A stretch of 64,000 bases of DNA from the human T2T-CHM13v2.0 reference genome, Homo sapiens. The notes beneath the pieces were generated by a model. It had not been told where the DNA came from and did not search any database. It saw only the letters and a list, made by a program, of their open reading frames with translations. The stretch lies in NCBI RefSeq assembly GCF_009914755.1, contig NC_060942.1. The stretch is one strand, 5' to 3'. Below are positions 49,250-64,000 of the stretch, in pieces. Position 1 is the stretch's first letter, and every line of letters begins with the position of its first letter. The position numbers were made by a program, and so were the translations under genes.

Positions 49250-49870
49250 CACTATTCAAATAGATCACTCTCAGAGGTAGAAGAAAATGAAAAGAAATCT
49301 AAATAGATTGATAATGACATATCTCAAAGTAATGCAGTTTGAGGAATAAAAAATATTCTGGAACTAAAAATTGGATTCCACATTTTGAAAATTCAAGAAA
49401 GGAAATAAAAAGGAATGTACTTGCTGAGAGCTAATTGCAAGAATCTGTAAAGTCGAATAGTGTTGTCCTATCAGAGTAAGGAACATCAAAAAGTGTAAAT
49501 CGTGAGTGAAAATATGAGTCATGGAGGAGACATTATAAATACATGTATAAAGTTTAAAACACTTAAGAGAATAATGAAGAAAACTAATAAAGGGGGCAAA
49601 ATGCAGAAAACTTCTTCAACTTGAAGGATGACTTGATTGTCAAATAAGAGGCTGATCAACGTTGAACAGAATTTAAGGAAAAAGAGAGACCTAAATCTTT
49701 ACATCCTGATGCATATTCTGACTTTTTTATCTTTAAGCATAAACAGACTATCTTAAAGGCTTCTAAATAGAAACCAACAGGTTACTTACATAGAGATAAC
49801 TGTCATACTTGCATTGGACTTCTCAGCTGCAAGTTTAGATCAGAAAAAAAAAAAAAACGCTTACAGACTG
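49250..49870 (+). mobile_element. HAL1/L1ME ORF1-like relic
   Basis: A-rich degenerate ORF1-like sequence (GCAGAAAACTTCTTCAACTTGAAG...GCATTGGACTTCTCAGCTGCAA). Confidence 0.45.
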
Positions 49871-49899
49871 CTGACAAAAAACTACTGATTAGGCTGCAT

Positions 49900-51060
<1,161 letters not shown>

Positions 51061-51378
51061 GTGAACATGCAGCACAGCACTGTGATCCCTAAGACAAAAA
51101 CAAAAATAACAAACCAGATGTTTCCTATGAATACCCCAAGTTTCTTTTTGGAAGCATGTTTTAGTCAGTAGTGAAGGAAGGGAGGAAACAGGAAATGCAA
51201 AGGGGTCTTGCTTAATTTATCAGCAAAAATAAGAGTTTAGGAAAGCTAAGGCAGCTAGAATTGTGAAGCAGAGCACAAAAGAAGAGGAACCTCCTTAAAG
51301 AAAATGTTCCAGAGCTCTGAGTAGAGGTCCTCATGAGTCTGCTGCTGAACAATAAGCCATTCATGAGTTGAAAAGATA

Positions 51379-52570
<1,192 letters not shown>

Positions 52571-53490
52571 AAAAGATAGAGATGAACTGTATGGGAGGTT
52601 GAGGTAACGAGAATTGTGATGCAGTGTTCAGGAGAATAGAAAAATACACAGAAATAAAGCTCCAAAAATTTGCATAGGTAATCCTTGAATATTTGCTGAG
52701 TGTTAAGAATCACATATATAGAGTGAATCTCTTCAGAAAGGAGGAGCTATGTAGAAGATGAGCACCAGAAATATGCATTGGGTTTATTTTGAGTCTGCTG
52801 ACAAATCCTAAGATATACATAGTGAGTAAAACCTCAGAGGAAGCTGTTATGTGAACAAGTTCTAGAGTCCACAGAGCTGAGAGATATCTGAGTACCAATC
52901 AACCAGAGTTAAGAGAACACATTGAATACTTTGGACATTCATTAGGGATCCAAGAATGGTGATGTATTGGAGGAAGTAGGGTTGCAATAGATCTAGGGTG
53001 AAAGCTACTCTATATTTGTCCTTACAAATCTAAAAAGAAAAATTTATTAAAATTTGAAAATGATTAGCAAGTAGTGTTATTGCCTAATAGCAAAAGCTTG
53101 AAAATGGTTCAAGAAACACAACAAAATATAATAACTCAACAACAAAATAATCAGAATGTCTACCATCAAACGAAAAATTACTAGACATCTGAAAGGCAGG
53201 CAAATGTGAACTGTGACAAGTACAAAAATGAAGTTTATTGAAACAGACTAAAAAAATGACAGCATAATTGGCAGTAAAATAAGACACTGTTATAAAGATG
53301 CTCAAGATTTAAAGGAAAACATGAGTATAATAAAAAGTGAGATAAAAGACATGCAAAATACCAAAACAGAAATTCTAGAGATAAAAGCTCAGTATTTGAG
53401 TTAAATGTTAGCTGGAAAAGCATAACAACAGTTAAGAAGAAAAGGTAGTGAACTTCAAGAAATAGCAAGAAACTATTCAAAAAGAAGCAC

Positions 53491-53800
53491 TTTGATTCCA
53501 CATATAAGTGAGGTCATGCAGTAATGATCAAAGGGTACAAAGTTTCAGAGAGATAGGAGGAATATGTTCTGAGGTTTTTTGCATAAGAGGGTGACTATGG
53601 TAAATGATAATGCATTACATATTTCAAAACTAAAAGTAAATTTCTAATATCATAAATTTCAATGTCTAAAATATATAGGTAAGTGAGGTGATAGATATCT
53701 TAATTAGCTTGATTTAGTCATGCTGCATTGTATACATATATCAAAACATCACATTGTACCCCATAAATATACACAACTATAATTTGTCAATTTAAAAAAA
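53491..53800 (+). mobile_element. L1MA4-6-like 3' end with a ~33-nt inverted 5' piece
   Basis: 53491-53523 reverse-complements to TACTGCATGACCTCACTTATATGTGGAATCAAA, followed by sense AAAGGGTACAAAGTTTCAG...TTTGTCAATTTAAAA. Confidence 0.82.
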
Positions 53801-56461
53801 GCCTACAAAATGAAGCTCAGCATTAAAAGATTTAAAAAGGACATGACAGCCTCAATTACCTGTGATACAACTTCAAAAGATCTAACATCTAATACGTATG
53901 AAATTGGGTTTCAGGAGTTGCAGAGGAAAATATTTAAAGAAATAATGGCCAAAAATATCTGAATTTCATGAAAATTATAAACCAACAGAGATCCAAGCAG
54001 TCCAATGAAACCCAAGAAGTATAAACAGAAAGAATGACACAAGAAGAAATATAAAAATCAAATTAATGAAATCAGGGTTGAAGAGAACATCTGAAAAACA
54101 TCTAGGGATAAAACATATATCACAGAGAGGAGATTAAATTAGAAAAAATGTAGACTCCTTCTTGAAACAATGTGAAACAGGTTACAGTATAATGACATCT
54201 TTAAACTGCAAAAGTGTGGGGGGGAATCTTGTCAATTTGAAATTCTATATCCAGCAAAATATCCTTCAAAATTGAAAGTGAAATAAAAACATTTTCAGAC
54301 AAACAAAATCCGAGGTAATTCATTAGCAACAGCTGTGCACTATGAGAAATGCTAAAGGGACTCTGAGGTTGAAGAAAAAAAGAGAAACTAGGATCTACGG
54401 AAAGGAATGAAGAATGTCAGGAATAGTTAATATGTGGTAAATATCATGACTTTTTAAAAAACAACCTTTAAAATATATTTTAGTTTTTTAAATAAATATT
54501 TAAAATGAAAAGTGAACCATACTTTTATAAAGATCAATAATATTTTGAGGTTTATAAGAAAATATATGACATTAGCACAATATACAGGAGGTAAATAAAA
54601 ATATTCTGTTGTAAGATGCTTAAATTGTAGATGAAATGGTATAATATAATTTGAATGTAGATTGTAATAAGTTAAAGATGCATTTTACTAGACATATACC
54701 AATCTATATCTTTGTATAAATATATCACTATCACTAAAGCAACAACATTAAATAAGACAAACATGTTCAGCTAATAAGCAAATATTAGTGATAAAATGGA
54801 ATCATAAAATACATTCAAATCAAAAGAAAACCAGAAAAGAGGAAAAAGGAAACAAAATGTGGGACTGAGGAAAAGTAAATAGCAAAAAGGTAGTCTATAA
54901 ACATGAACCCAACCACATTAAGGATTGTATTAAGCATGAACAACTAAAGTATAAAATAAATATACATGAATCCATGATGATATAAATAAATGATTGAATA
55001 AAAAATAAATGAGGGAGGCATGCAGACCTTCTCTACAGAATTCCAAACAAGAAATCTCCCCCTCTGAGAGGTGAAACCTAATCCCTGAAGCCCCTTGAGG
55101 ATTTGCTACACTTAGTGATTTACCTCCAAAGACTAAATTCGGGAAGGAAAAAATAGTAACCTTAGAATGGAAGAACTGACATTGATGGAATTTATATAGA
55201 AAATTAAAAGGACCCAGAATAACTGAAACGATTCTGAAAAATAACAAACTTTGAGGATTTAGAGTACCTCATTTCATGAATTATTATATGGCTATAGTAG
55301 TCATGACAGTAGTAATATGAGTAGAGATATTGGTTCAGTGGAAAAAATAGACAACTTAGAAATATAAATACTCAATCAATACTTTGCAAATGTACCAAGA
55401 TATTCAATAGGGAAAGAATAGTTTATCCAAGAAATGGTACTGGAAGAATTGGATCTCCAATTTAAACATAACAAGCTTCAGCCCTTAGCTCACACCATAT
55501 ACACAAATTAACTTGAAATGAATCATACATCTAAATGTAAAAATGGAAACTGTAAAACTTCTTGAAGAATATACAAGAATACCACTTTGGGATTACAATA
55601 ATTTTTGATTAGAAAACAAAAGTATAAACCATCACAAATTGCTAAATTGCAACTTGTCAAAACTTTTTGTTCTTTAGAATACTCTGCCAATTAAATAAAA
55701 AGCCAAGCCATAGACAGGAGAAAATACTGAAACTCCATAACTGGACAAAGAAATTGTATAAAGATTATATAAGTACTCTTACAATTCAATAATAAGGAAA
55801 AAGAGGAGCAAAAATTTTAAATGGGCGAAGAAAACACTTCGCAGGAGAAGACAATGAATGGACAAAAAACATAAAAAAGACTTTCTTTTTTAGACATCAA
55901 GGAAATGCAAATTTCACTACAATGAGACACCACCTGCCACACACTAGAAAGTCTAAAATTAAAATAAAAAAAAATCCTTACAGTACCAAATGTTGGGGAA
56001 GATATCAAGCAACTGGATATCTTCAGTATTGCTAGTGCAAAATGATATAACCTCTTTGGAAAATTGTTTCCAGTTTCTTCAAAGCCAGGCAACCCAGCAA
56101 TCCCATTCCTAAGTACTTAACCAAGAAAATGAAAGTATATGACCACACGAAGAATTTTATAGGAATATTAATGGGCAGTTGACTCATAATAGTTGAATCA
56201 ACAAACAAATCGAGTTATACGTCTGAGTCAATATCCATACATAGCTTACTACTCACAATAAAAAAAAAAGAGCTGCAAAATGTAACTTGGATAAATCTTA
56301 AAATGATGATGCTGATCAAAAGAAACCAGACACAAAACAGTACTTAAAATGTAAATCTTCCTACATAAAATTCTTGAATATGCAAAAGTAATTTACCTTA
56401 AAGGAAACATTAAATTAGTTGACTGTAACCAGGGTTGGAAATCAGTGAAAAAGTTTGTGCT

Positions 56462-56795
<334 letters not shown>

Positions 56796-56905
56796 TCAAT
56801 ATAGTTTAAAAAATCTTCTTTCACTTGACAATACCCTTCTTCATAAAGACAATCATAATGGCTGTTACTGATTGTGCTAGATGTTGGGCAGTTTATATAC
56901 ACACT

Positions 56906-57450
56906 GTGCCAGGTTGCTGTATGGTCAGTTTGGATAAGATGAGAATTGCATTTCCATGAATGCTGGTCCTCCTCTGGTCCAAGTGTGAGTTGGTTAAAAG
57001 AAAGGAAAGAAGTGAAGCAGCTGACACCATTCTCTGAAGGTCTTCACGATCAGAGATAGTGACTGTCAGACATGGAGGTTCATGAAGGGTTACAGCTTCT
57101 CTTTTATTTCCTCTGTTTTTTGTCTAACTCATCTTCCTGCTATCCAGTGGTCAGGTCCATCACCATACACTTGACTATGGACCCACCGAAGCACTGGTTA
57201 CAGAGGGGCACAGCTGCACGTGGGTCTCTCTGTGAGCTTCCCCTTCACAGTTCCACATAGGCAGTTGGACTTGGCTCTTCAGTTTTCTTGGCAAGCTATG
57301 ATTTTTCTCTAATCCTTCAGTTACCCATTCTGACCATTCACTTTCCCAGCTCCTTTGACAACTGTGTAAGTCCAATTCCTATTATGAATCTCTTATCCCA
57401 ACCATCCCACAGCACTTCTTGTGCTCTGCTACCCTGACTGAACCCTGGAG
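56906..57450 (+). mobile_element. LTR52/LTR50-like ERVL solo LTR
   Basis: TGTGCCAGGTTGCTG...GAAGTGAAGCAGC...CTCTGAAGGTC...CCCTGACTGAACCCTG. Confidence 0.65.
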
Positions 57451-57854
57451 TGCTCTCCCACTCTCTCTGTCTTTCTTACACACTCACAAAACACACACAT
57501 TTTCACAGTTAGGTACACAATTTTCAAGAATATACACATACATATACATTATCCTGTTTTGTTTTTTTGTGCTTGTTTTTTGATAAGACTTTGACTACCC
57601 AAGAAAGCATAAAAGAAGTTCAATTATGTGAATAAATTTAAGATATAACTCAGATAATGATAAATTTACTACTTTAAATATTGTTCATAAGCCTGTTTCC
57701 TTACTAGTCCTTACTCTGTGACTCTGATTCTGAATTTCCAGCTTGTATGCAATAGACTTCAGATCTCTTCCAGAATCAATTACTACCTAAAGTGCCACCA
57801 GAATCCCAGAGAGGACAGTCTCACATTCCTTCCCTCTGTTTTACTGTCCATATT

Positions 57855-58190
57855 ATTTGCTTATTCATTCAAGAACCATTTACTAAATATATATTTTGTT
57901 CCAGACATTATTAAAAAATGTCCTCAAGGACTTCACAATAGGGAAGCAATAAAAAATAAGCTTATTAAAATCATATGCAAGGTGCTATATATTCACCAAG
58001 AAGAAAATGACTGACTCTATAAGGAGTGAATTTTTCAAGGTAGCCTTTGTAGAGGGTTAAAAGGACGGTGTACACTGGCTATCTCTCGTGCCTTTTGTTT
58101 ACTCCTCAAGCCACTGTAAAACGTCTTCCTCTTTAACAATTCTATTCAAACTGCTCGTTGCCCAAGGTGGCAGATCAGTGACCTCTGTGC
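57855..58190. mobile_element. L2 relics
   Basis: TTCATTCAAGAACCATTTACTAAAT...TGTTCCAGACA and CCAAGGT...GTGACCTC. Confidence 0.5.
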
Positions 58191-58560
58191 TGCAGAATTT
58201 AATCTTACTAAAAATGTATAAAGTATATTTGTATGAAGCTTACTTATTATATCACATTTGTTAATTTTTCTTATAAGTAGAATAATTTTGGTCGCAAATT
58301 CAGGTAATATAGCAATTCACATAAAATTAAATTCTACTGTGCTTCAAGCATTTGGACATCTTAGTTATCTAGTAATGTTAATTTAAAAAATATTCTGATC
58401 ACTTTTTAATTTTTGTTTAGATAGTCATCTTTTATTTTTGTAACAGTTGTAAAGAACTCCTCTATAAAATTCAACATGGCACCTATAAAATAGATTCAAA
58501 CTCTTCTGTAATACAAGTTGCATTTTCTTTCCAATTTTGTCACTTGCTGTTTTGGTTATG

Positions 58561-58930
58561 ATGTTTCAGTCTGGATCACTGCAGAAAACAGATGGCATAC
58601 CCAAAGGTTTCATTTAAAAGAGTTTAATAAGTTTACAGAACTATGAGAAGGGTTAAGAGACAAAACAACGGATAATGAAACACCCAAGAATTACCAACAG
58701 CAGGGAGCTGTTACCATCTCTAAGCCTAGAGAGACAAGAGGGAAAGATGTTACCAGAGTCCAGCAAGCACTGGAGCCATGGAAAGGAGCCTTCTGCTCTC
58801 CCGCTGGTACCTCCCCTTAGCCCAAGTAATCCAGAAGCCAGAAGGGGGTGGAAACCCAGTGTTGTCATCGACAGAAGTCAGTCTCCTGGAACACTAAGCA
58901 AGGCAGAGAAGAGAAAAGACTGAATCTACA
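58561..58930 (-). mobile_element. Old LTR (LTR78/79-like)
   Basis: CAGTCTGGATC..GCAGAAAACAGATGGCATAC...GAGTTTAATAAG...CAACAGCAGGGAGCTGTTACCA. Confidence 0.6.
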
Positions 58931-59231
58931 AATATTCTTTGATTTCTAGAAATTTCTATTTTTCATAAAGCCAAACTAATACTTTTTTCAGTTGGCTTCC
59001 AATTTCATCTTTAAAATAGCTTCTTCACCCAGAGATTATATAATTTGTTTATACTTTCAAAAAAAATACTTTCTATGGGACTAGAATTCTTTTCATTCCC
59101 AGGCGATGCATTGCTATTTCTTTTCTCAAGATTTTCACACTTGCTTTCCCTTCTACTTGAACAGTTGTCTCCCCATTATAAGATTAACCAAATTGAGGCT
59201 ATCCTTTAGATTTCTGACCAGTCAGAGAAGT

Positions 59232-60532
59232 GTTGTTTTCAGAAATGGTCACAGTGCCTGCCAAATGGCAAGACTTGGGGCCAAATATTCACTTTACATT
59301 GACAATGTTAAACTTTGCCTGAATGTTCTGGAATGCAGCAACAGTTAAGAAATTACCCCACTTTGTTGTGTTCTAGCAGTCCCCAACCTTCTTGGCACCA
59401 GGGACTAGTTTCATGGAAGACAATCTTTCCATAAACCAGGGCAGTGGGGCTGGGGGTGGGGGTGATGGTTTCAGGATGATTCAAGTGCATTACTTTTATT
59501 GTGGAGTTTATTTCTATTGTTATTACATTGTAATATAGAATGTAAGACTTATACAACTCACCATGATGTAGAACCAGTGGGTACCCTGAGCTTGTTTTCC
59601 TGAAGCTAGGTAGTCCCATCTGGGGGTGACGGGAGACAGTGACAGATCATCAGGCATTAGAGTTTCATAAGGAGTGCACAACCTAGATCCCTTGCATGTG
59701 CAGTTCACGATAGGGTTTGCACTCCTATGCAAATCTAATGCCACCGGAGCTCAGGTGGTAATGCAAGCTATGGAGACTGGCTATAAATACACATGAAGCT
59801 TCGCTTGCTCATCCGCTGCTCACCTCCTGCTCTGAGCCCTGGTTCCTAAGAGGCCATGGAAGGATTCCTGTCTGTGGCCTGGGCATTGAGGACCCCTGTT
59901 CTAGGAAATGCTTACTGCAAATAACTACCCTTCCCCTTATGACTTAGATAAGACACATGGATGCCGCCCTTTCTTAAATATAGTGAAATCAGACACACAC
60001 TCTCCAAACTCCCACTCTTTGCCTTATAAATGATCCACTGAATTGTTTGTACCTAGTGACCAATTCGTACAAAATAATTATCTACTAACTTGGCTTGGCC
60101 AAACTTTCGTGAGTTTTTCTTCTTCCCTTAGGCCCTTGGACTTTGACCAGGCATTGGAAAAAGCAAGCAACAAAACTCAGAACAAGCCCTTCTTAACAAC
60201 TCCTCCCAAATCTGCTAACCTCAGGAAAAAATGTTAACTGTCAGATCATAACATTGCCCATCTCACTTCGTAACCCTGATTGTTTCTTGCCTGGTTTATT
60301 CCTTTTCAGAAAAGAAAAGTGTTTTTCTGCCTGACCTTTGGGGCACTCACAGACCTTATGGTCCTTATGGTCAGAGCATAAAAGCCCTTTCCCTACTTTT
60401 TCTTCCTTTCGCAAAACACCCCTCACCTTACTGTCATAGTGGCCCTCCCCTTATGTAAATAATCATTTTGAATAATGTCTCTCTTCATGAAAAATTCTTT
60501 ATTCAAAGTCCAGATTTATTATTTATTTGACA
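59232..60532 (+). mobile_element. ERV1 solo LTR (MER92-like) interrupted by MER1A
   Basis: ACAGTTAAGAAATT.CCCCAC...GAAATGCTTACTGCAAA..CCCTTCCCC.TATGACTTAGATAAGAC, ending TTATTTGACA. Confidence 0.6.
59377..59898. mobile_element. MER1A (hAT-Charlie MITE)
   Basis: GTCCCCAACCTTCTTGGCACCAGGGAC...GAGGACCCCTG with TTCTAG on both sides. Confidence 0.9.
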
Positions 60533-60584
60533 CACTTTTGTCCTTGCTTGTCTTAAAAGCTGCTAGAGTTTAGAAAATGAGTTG

Positions 60585-60860
60585 TCATTCATTCAACAAA
60601 CATTTATGGAGCAGCAATCTGTTCTAGATACTCTGTTAGATGCTGGGGATACACTGAAGAGAAATACAACGTGCATTCCTTTAGGGAACTTGCAGTAAAA
60701 TGCAGTATACAAAGTGCTATCAGAAAAATAAATAGTGGCAATATAATACTCGGATAGTACATAGGAGAGGCACTGATCCCTGAGGGAGATAGAAGAGAGA
60801 ATGTTTTCAAAAGTTGGTAGTGTGTAAGCTGATCAGAACATATGATAGGTTATGATCAAA
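60585..60860 (-). mobile_element. L2 3' end relic
   Basis: TCATTCATTCAACAAACATTTA...TAGATGCTGGGGATACA. Confidence 0.7.
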
Positions 60861-60938
60861 TACAGAAATGCATATCATAGAAAGTAACTTCAAACTGTGA
60901 CTTTAAGCAGTTACTTTCTATGACAAAGAAATGATATG

Positions 60939-61289
60939 CAATTGGCCCTCCATTTCTCTGGGGTTTGCATTCATGGAGTCAACCAAATATGGATGGAAAA
61001 TATTTGAGAGAAAAAAGAAATGGATGGTTGTGTCTGTACTGAATACGTACACGCATTTTTTTCTTGTCATGGCTCCCTAAACAATACAATATAATAAGTA
61101 CTTACATAGCATTTACATTTCATTGGGTATTATAAGGAATCTAGAGATGATTTAAAGTACATGGCAGGATATGAGTAGGTTACATGCAAGTACTGCATCA
61201 TTTTACATAAGGGACTTGATAATGGTCTGATTTTGGTATCCATGGGGGTCCTGGAACCAGCTCCCCCTGGGCACTAAGAAACAACTGTA
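60939..61289. mobile_element. Tigger3a/MER7-like MITE
   Basis: TTGGCCCTCCAT...ATGGTTGTGTCTGTACTGAA...AATCTAGAGATGATTTAAAGTA...GGGGTCCTGGAACC...ACTGTA. Confidence 0.82.
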
Positions 61290-63669
61290 TGTGTTCAAAG
61301 TTGGGAACGTTAGAAATAAGTACAGTTGAGATAGCTAAGGCTTCATTTGTGGTTGATGAGGTGAGTCTAGAATAATAGTTAAGACTCGAATGGCATAGAA
61401 ATGTTTCAGATGATGTTTCAGCAGTTTCATGAGCACAGGGAGCTGGAGCAGAGATGTGTGTTGAGGAGAAAAGAAAAGGAAGGGTCTGAATCAGTCTTTC
61501 ATTTCTGTATTCATGGCACTCTTTCAGAGCTCACTGGACTCCATATCTATGTTTAGCTTATGTTGTACCACAAAATTATATATCTTTTACTTGTTATACT
61601 GATGGTTTATTTAATTTAGACATCAGTTTGTAGATCTAATGCACTAGGGAGCATGGTCATTGCACACATTTTTCCCCAAAGCGGGATTTAAATTACTCAG
61701 TTTCCATGGTTGACATCATGTTGATGTCAAGCACATGATGACATCATTGTACTGTAGTTACAAAGAACAGCAACTCATGCTCTAATACTGGATAATTTCA
61801 CACTGGACAATTTCAGGCATCACCATAAAAAGAACTTAGTAATTTTATTAAGTCCGTATGTTTAAAGTGAGCATATTTGGGCTGAATTTGATTGACTGCT
61901 ATCCTGAGGATGGTGTGCATTTGTCAGAGTTTATTTTCTGCTGTGTGACAGACCTGCAGTGATGGTCCAACTGACTCAGACCTTATGGCTAATTTTTCAC
62001 ATTATAATGCGATTTCTACCTTGGTAATCCAACAGATGGTTTCTCTCTTCCTGTCTTGGATATTATGAGAAAGTGGATCAAATTCAGAGTCTTGTAAAGC
62101 TACTGTTGAAATTCTGACTCAAATCATGAGCACCTTCACACTTGTGTACAAAAGTGAGGTATTCCTGGCCTTCCCTGCCAACTAATCAAATTTAGTTGTT
62201 GTGGCCCCACATCTCTGGCTTGGCATTATGTGGAAAGAGACATTCCAGGGGTGCAATAAGCTATCTCATTTACATTATTTCTAGTGTTGTTTATTACAGT
62301 TTGCTAGGCCTCATGGCAGGAAGTTTTTGTTTTTTTTTTTTTTTGTTCTAGAGCAGAAGGTAATTTTTCTCTCTCAATATTTCCAGCCTCTGTGGTGGCC
62401 AAACTCTCACATATGAGGTAGTCAATGTGAAGAACTGCAGGTTTGAAAATATATGTACTTTTAGTATGAAAGTAATTTTGATTGAGTGAGAAATTCACAT
62501 TTTAGCTGAAGAGATTATGTAAATGTTACTAGGTTTTATGAAAGCTCTACTAGAAAATTGCATTTTAACCAGAAATAAAGACATTTCAATATTGGTAACC
62601 TTTTTTGACATGAGGGGCAAGATCATTACCTTACTGCCTCATCATGCCTCATATTTTATAGTCACTCTCTGCAGTAAGGCTCTTACAGTTGTTTTATGAA
62701 GCATGTGTGATTTCAACATTTATTAGAAAATTTTAAGCATCTAAATATCATTAAAGCAGAAAAAAGGATGGTCTTTTTTGTATTTTATATTCTGAATTTA
62801 CTGAACATTTTATGAGAAATAATAACTATGACCTTTTATTATAAGTTTATTTCTAAATATTTAAAGAGAAACATAATTCAAATTTATAATATAAATCCAT
62901 GGTAGAAATAGGTTTGGTGTTAATGAATAAAACATGCAAGCATTTTATCAGAAAATTTTAATTCTTGAATATGTGATAGAAGTGAGTGAAGAACTTATAA
63001 ATATTTATACACCCATATATTTAATAGAATACTCAAAGTTACAGCATTTATGATGACAAGAATATGGCTCTCTAAAATAAGATTTATAGTTTTGTATTGC
63101 TAGGATTAAATAACTTTGGGTAAAAGATTAAATATTTTATAAAGTCCTGTGGGTTAACCTGAATAGTTTTATTTTCAAAACAGAAAGTGAGTATCCATTG
63201 CTAGAACCTGTAAAAATTCCACCTAAAAGTATTTTCCTATCATTCTTCACTACAGCATGCAGATTAAACTGCTAAGCAAATAGCCCAACTGAACTCAAAT
63301 CTAGAACTGTCTTAATATATATGATGTGATTTTTAAAATGCCTAACATAGTGACTGGCATATAGTAGATGTTCAAATTGATCTTCTTGTCTCCTTGGAAG
63401 TAACAGGATAAATGTTTTTTATCTATTTGTTTCAAGATAAATGGTTTCAGTTTCAATTTCCTTTTTACCAAATGGTAAAGTAAATTTTTACCCATTTTCC
63501 TTTTTATTAATAATATATGATGTTCATATATTAATAACACAAAAATAAGTTCAATGTAAGTGGTCAGACCAATTCTCTGCTATAATGGCTCAACTCAGCC
63601 ATCTAGGCACAATACTTCAACAATATCACTTGCAGGAAAACCCAATACATTATCTAGTTATTTCAGTGA

Positions 63670-64000
<331 letters not shown>

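Overview
AT-rich primate genomic DNA, catarrhine and probably human or great ape (AluY, L1PA2-4 and HERV-W are present). I found no protein-coding exon, RNA gene or CpG island that I can support. Much of the window is interspersed repeats: L1 of many ages, about 11 Alus, L2/MIR/L3 relics, solo LTRs and Tigger/Charlie MITEs. The recognisable ORFs in the supplied track are repeat-derived or low-complexity. The most notable element is an L1-mobilised HERV-W processed retrocopy (24310-25436, minus strand) carrying a doubly deleted syncytin-1-like env, nested in L2 inside L3. Also notable are four 5'-inverted (twin-primed) L1 insertions of different ages, a probable 18-nt L1 3' transduction, and a 1.8-kb AT-rich compound minisatellite with 28-bp and 36-bp arrays. 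I see no convincing evidence of a novel biological system. Subfamily names are from memory of consensus sequences and need RepeatMasker/Dfam confirmation.
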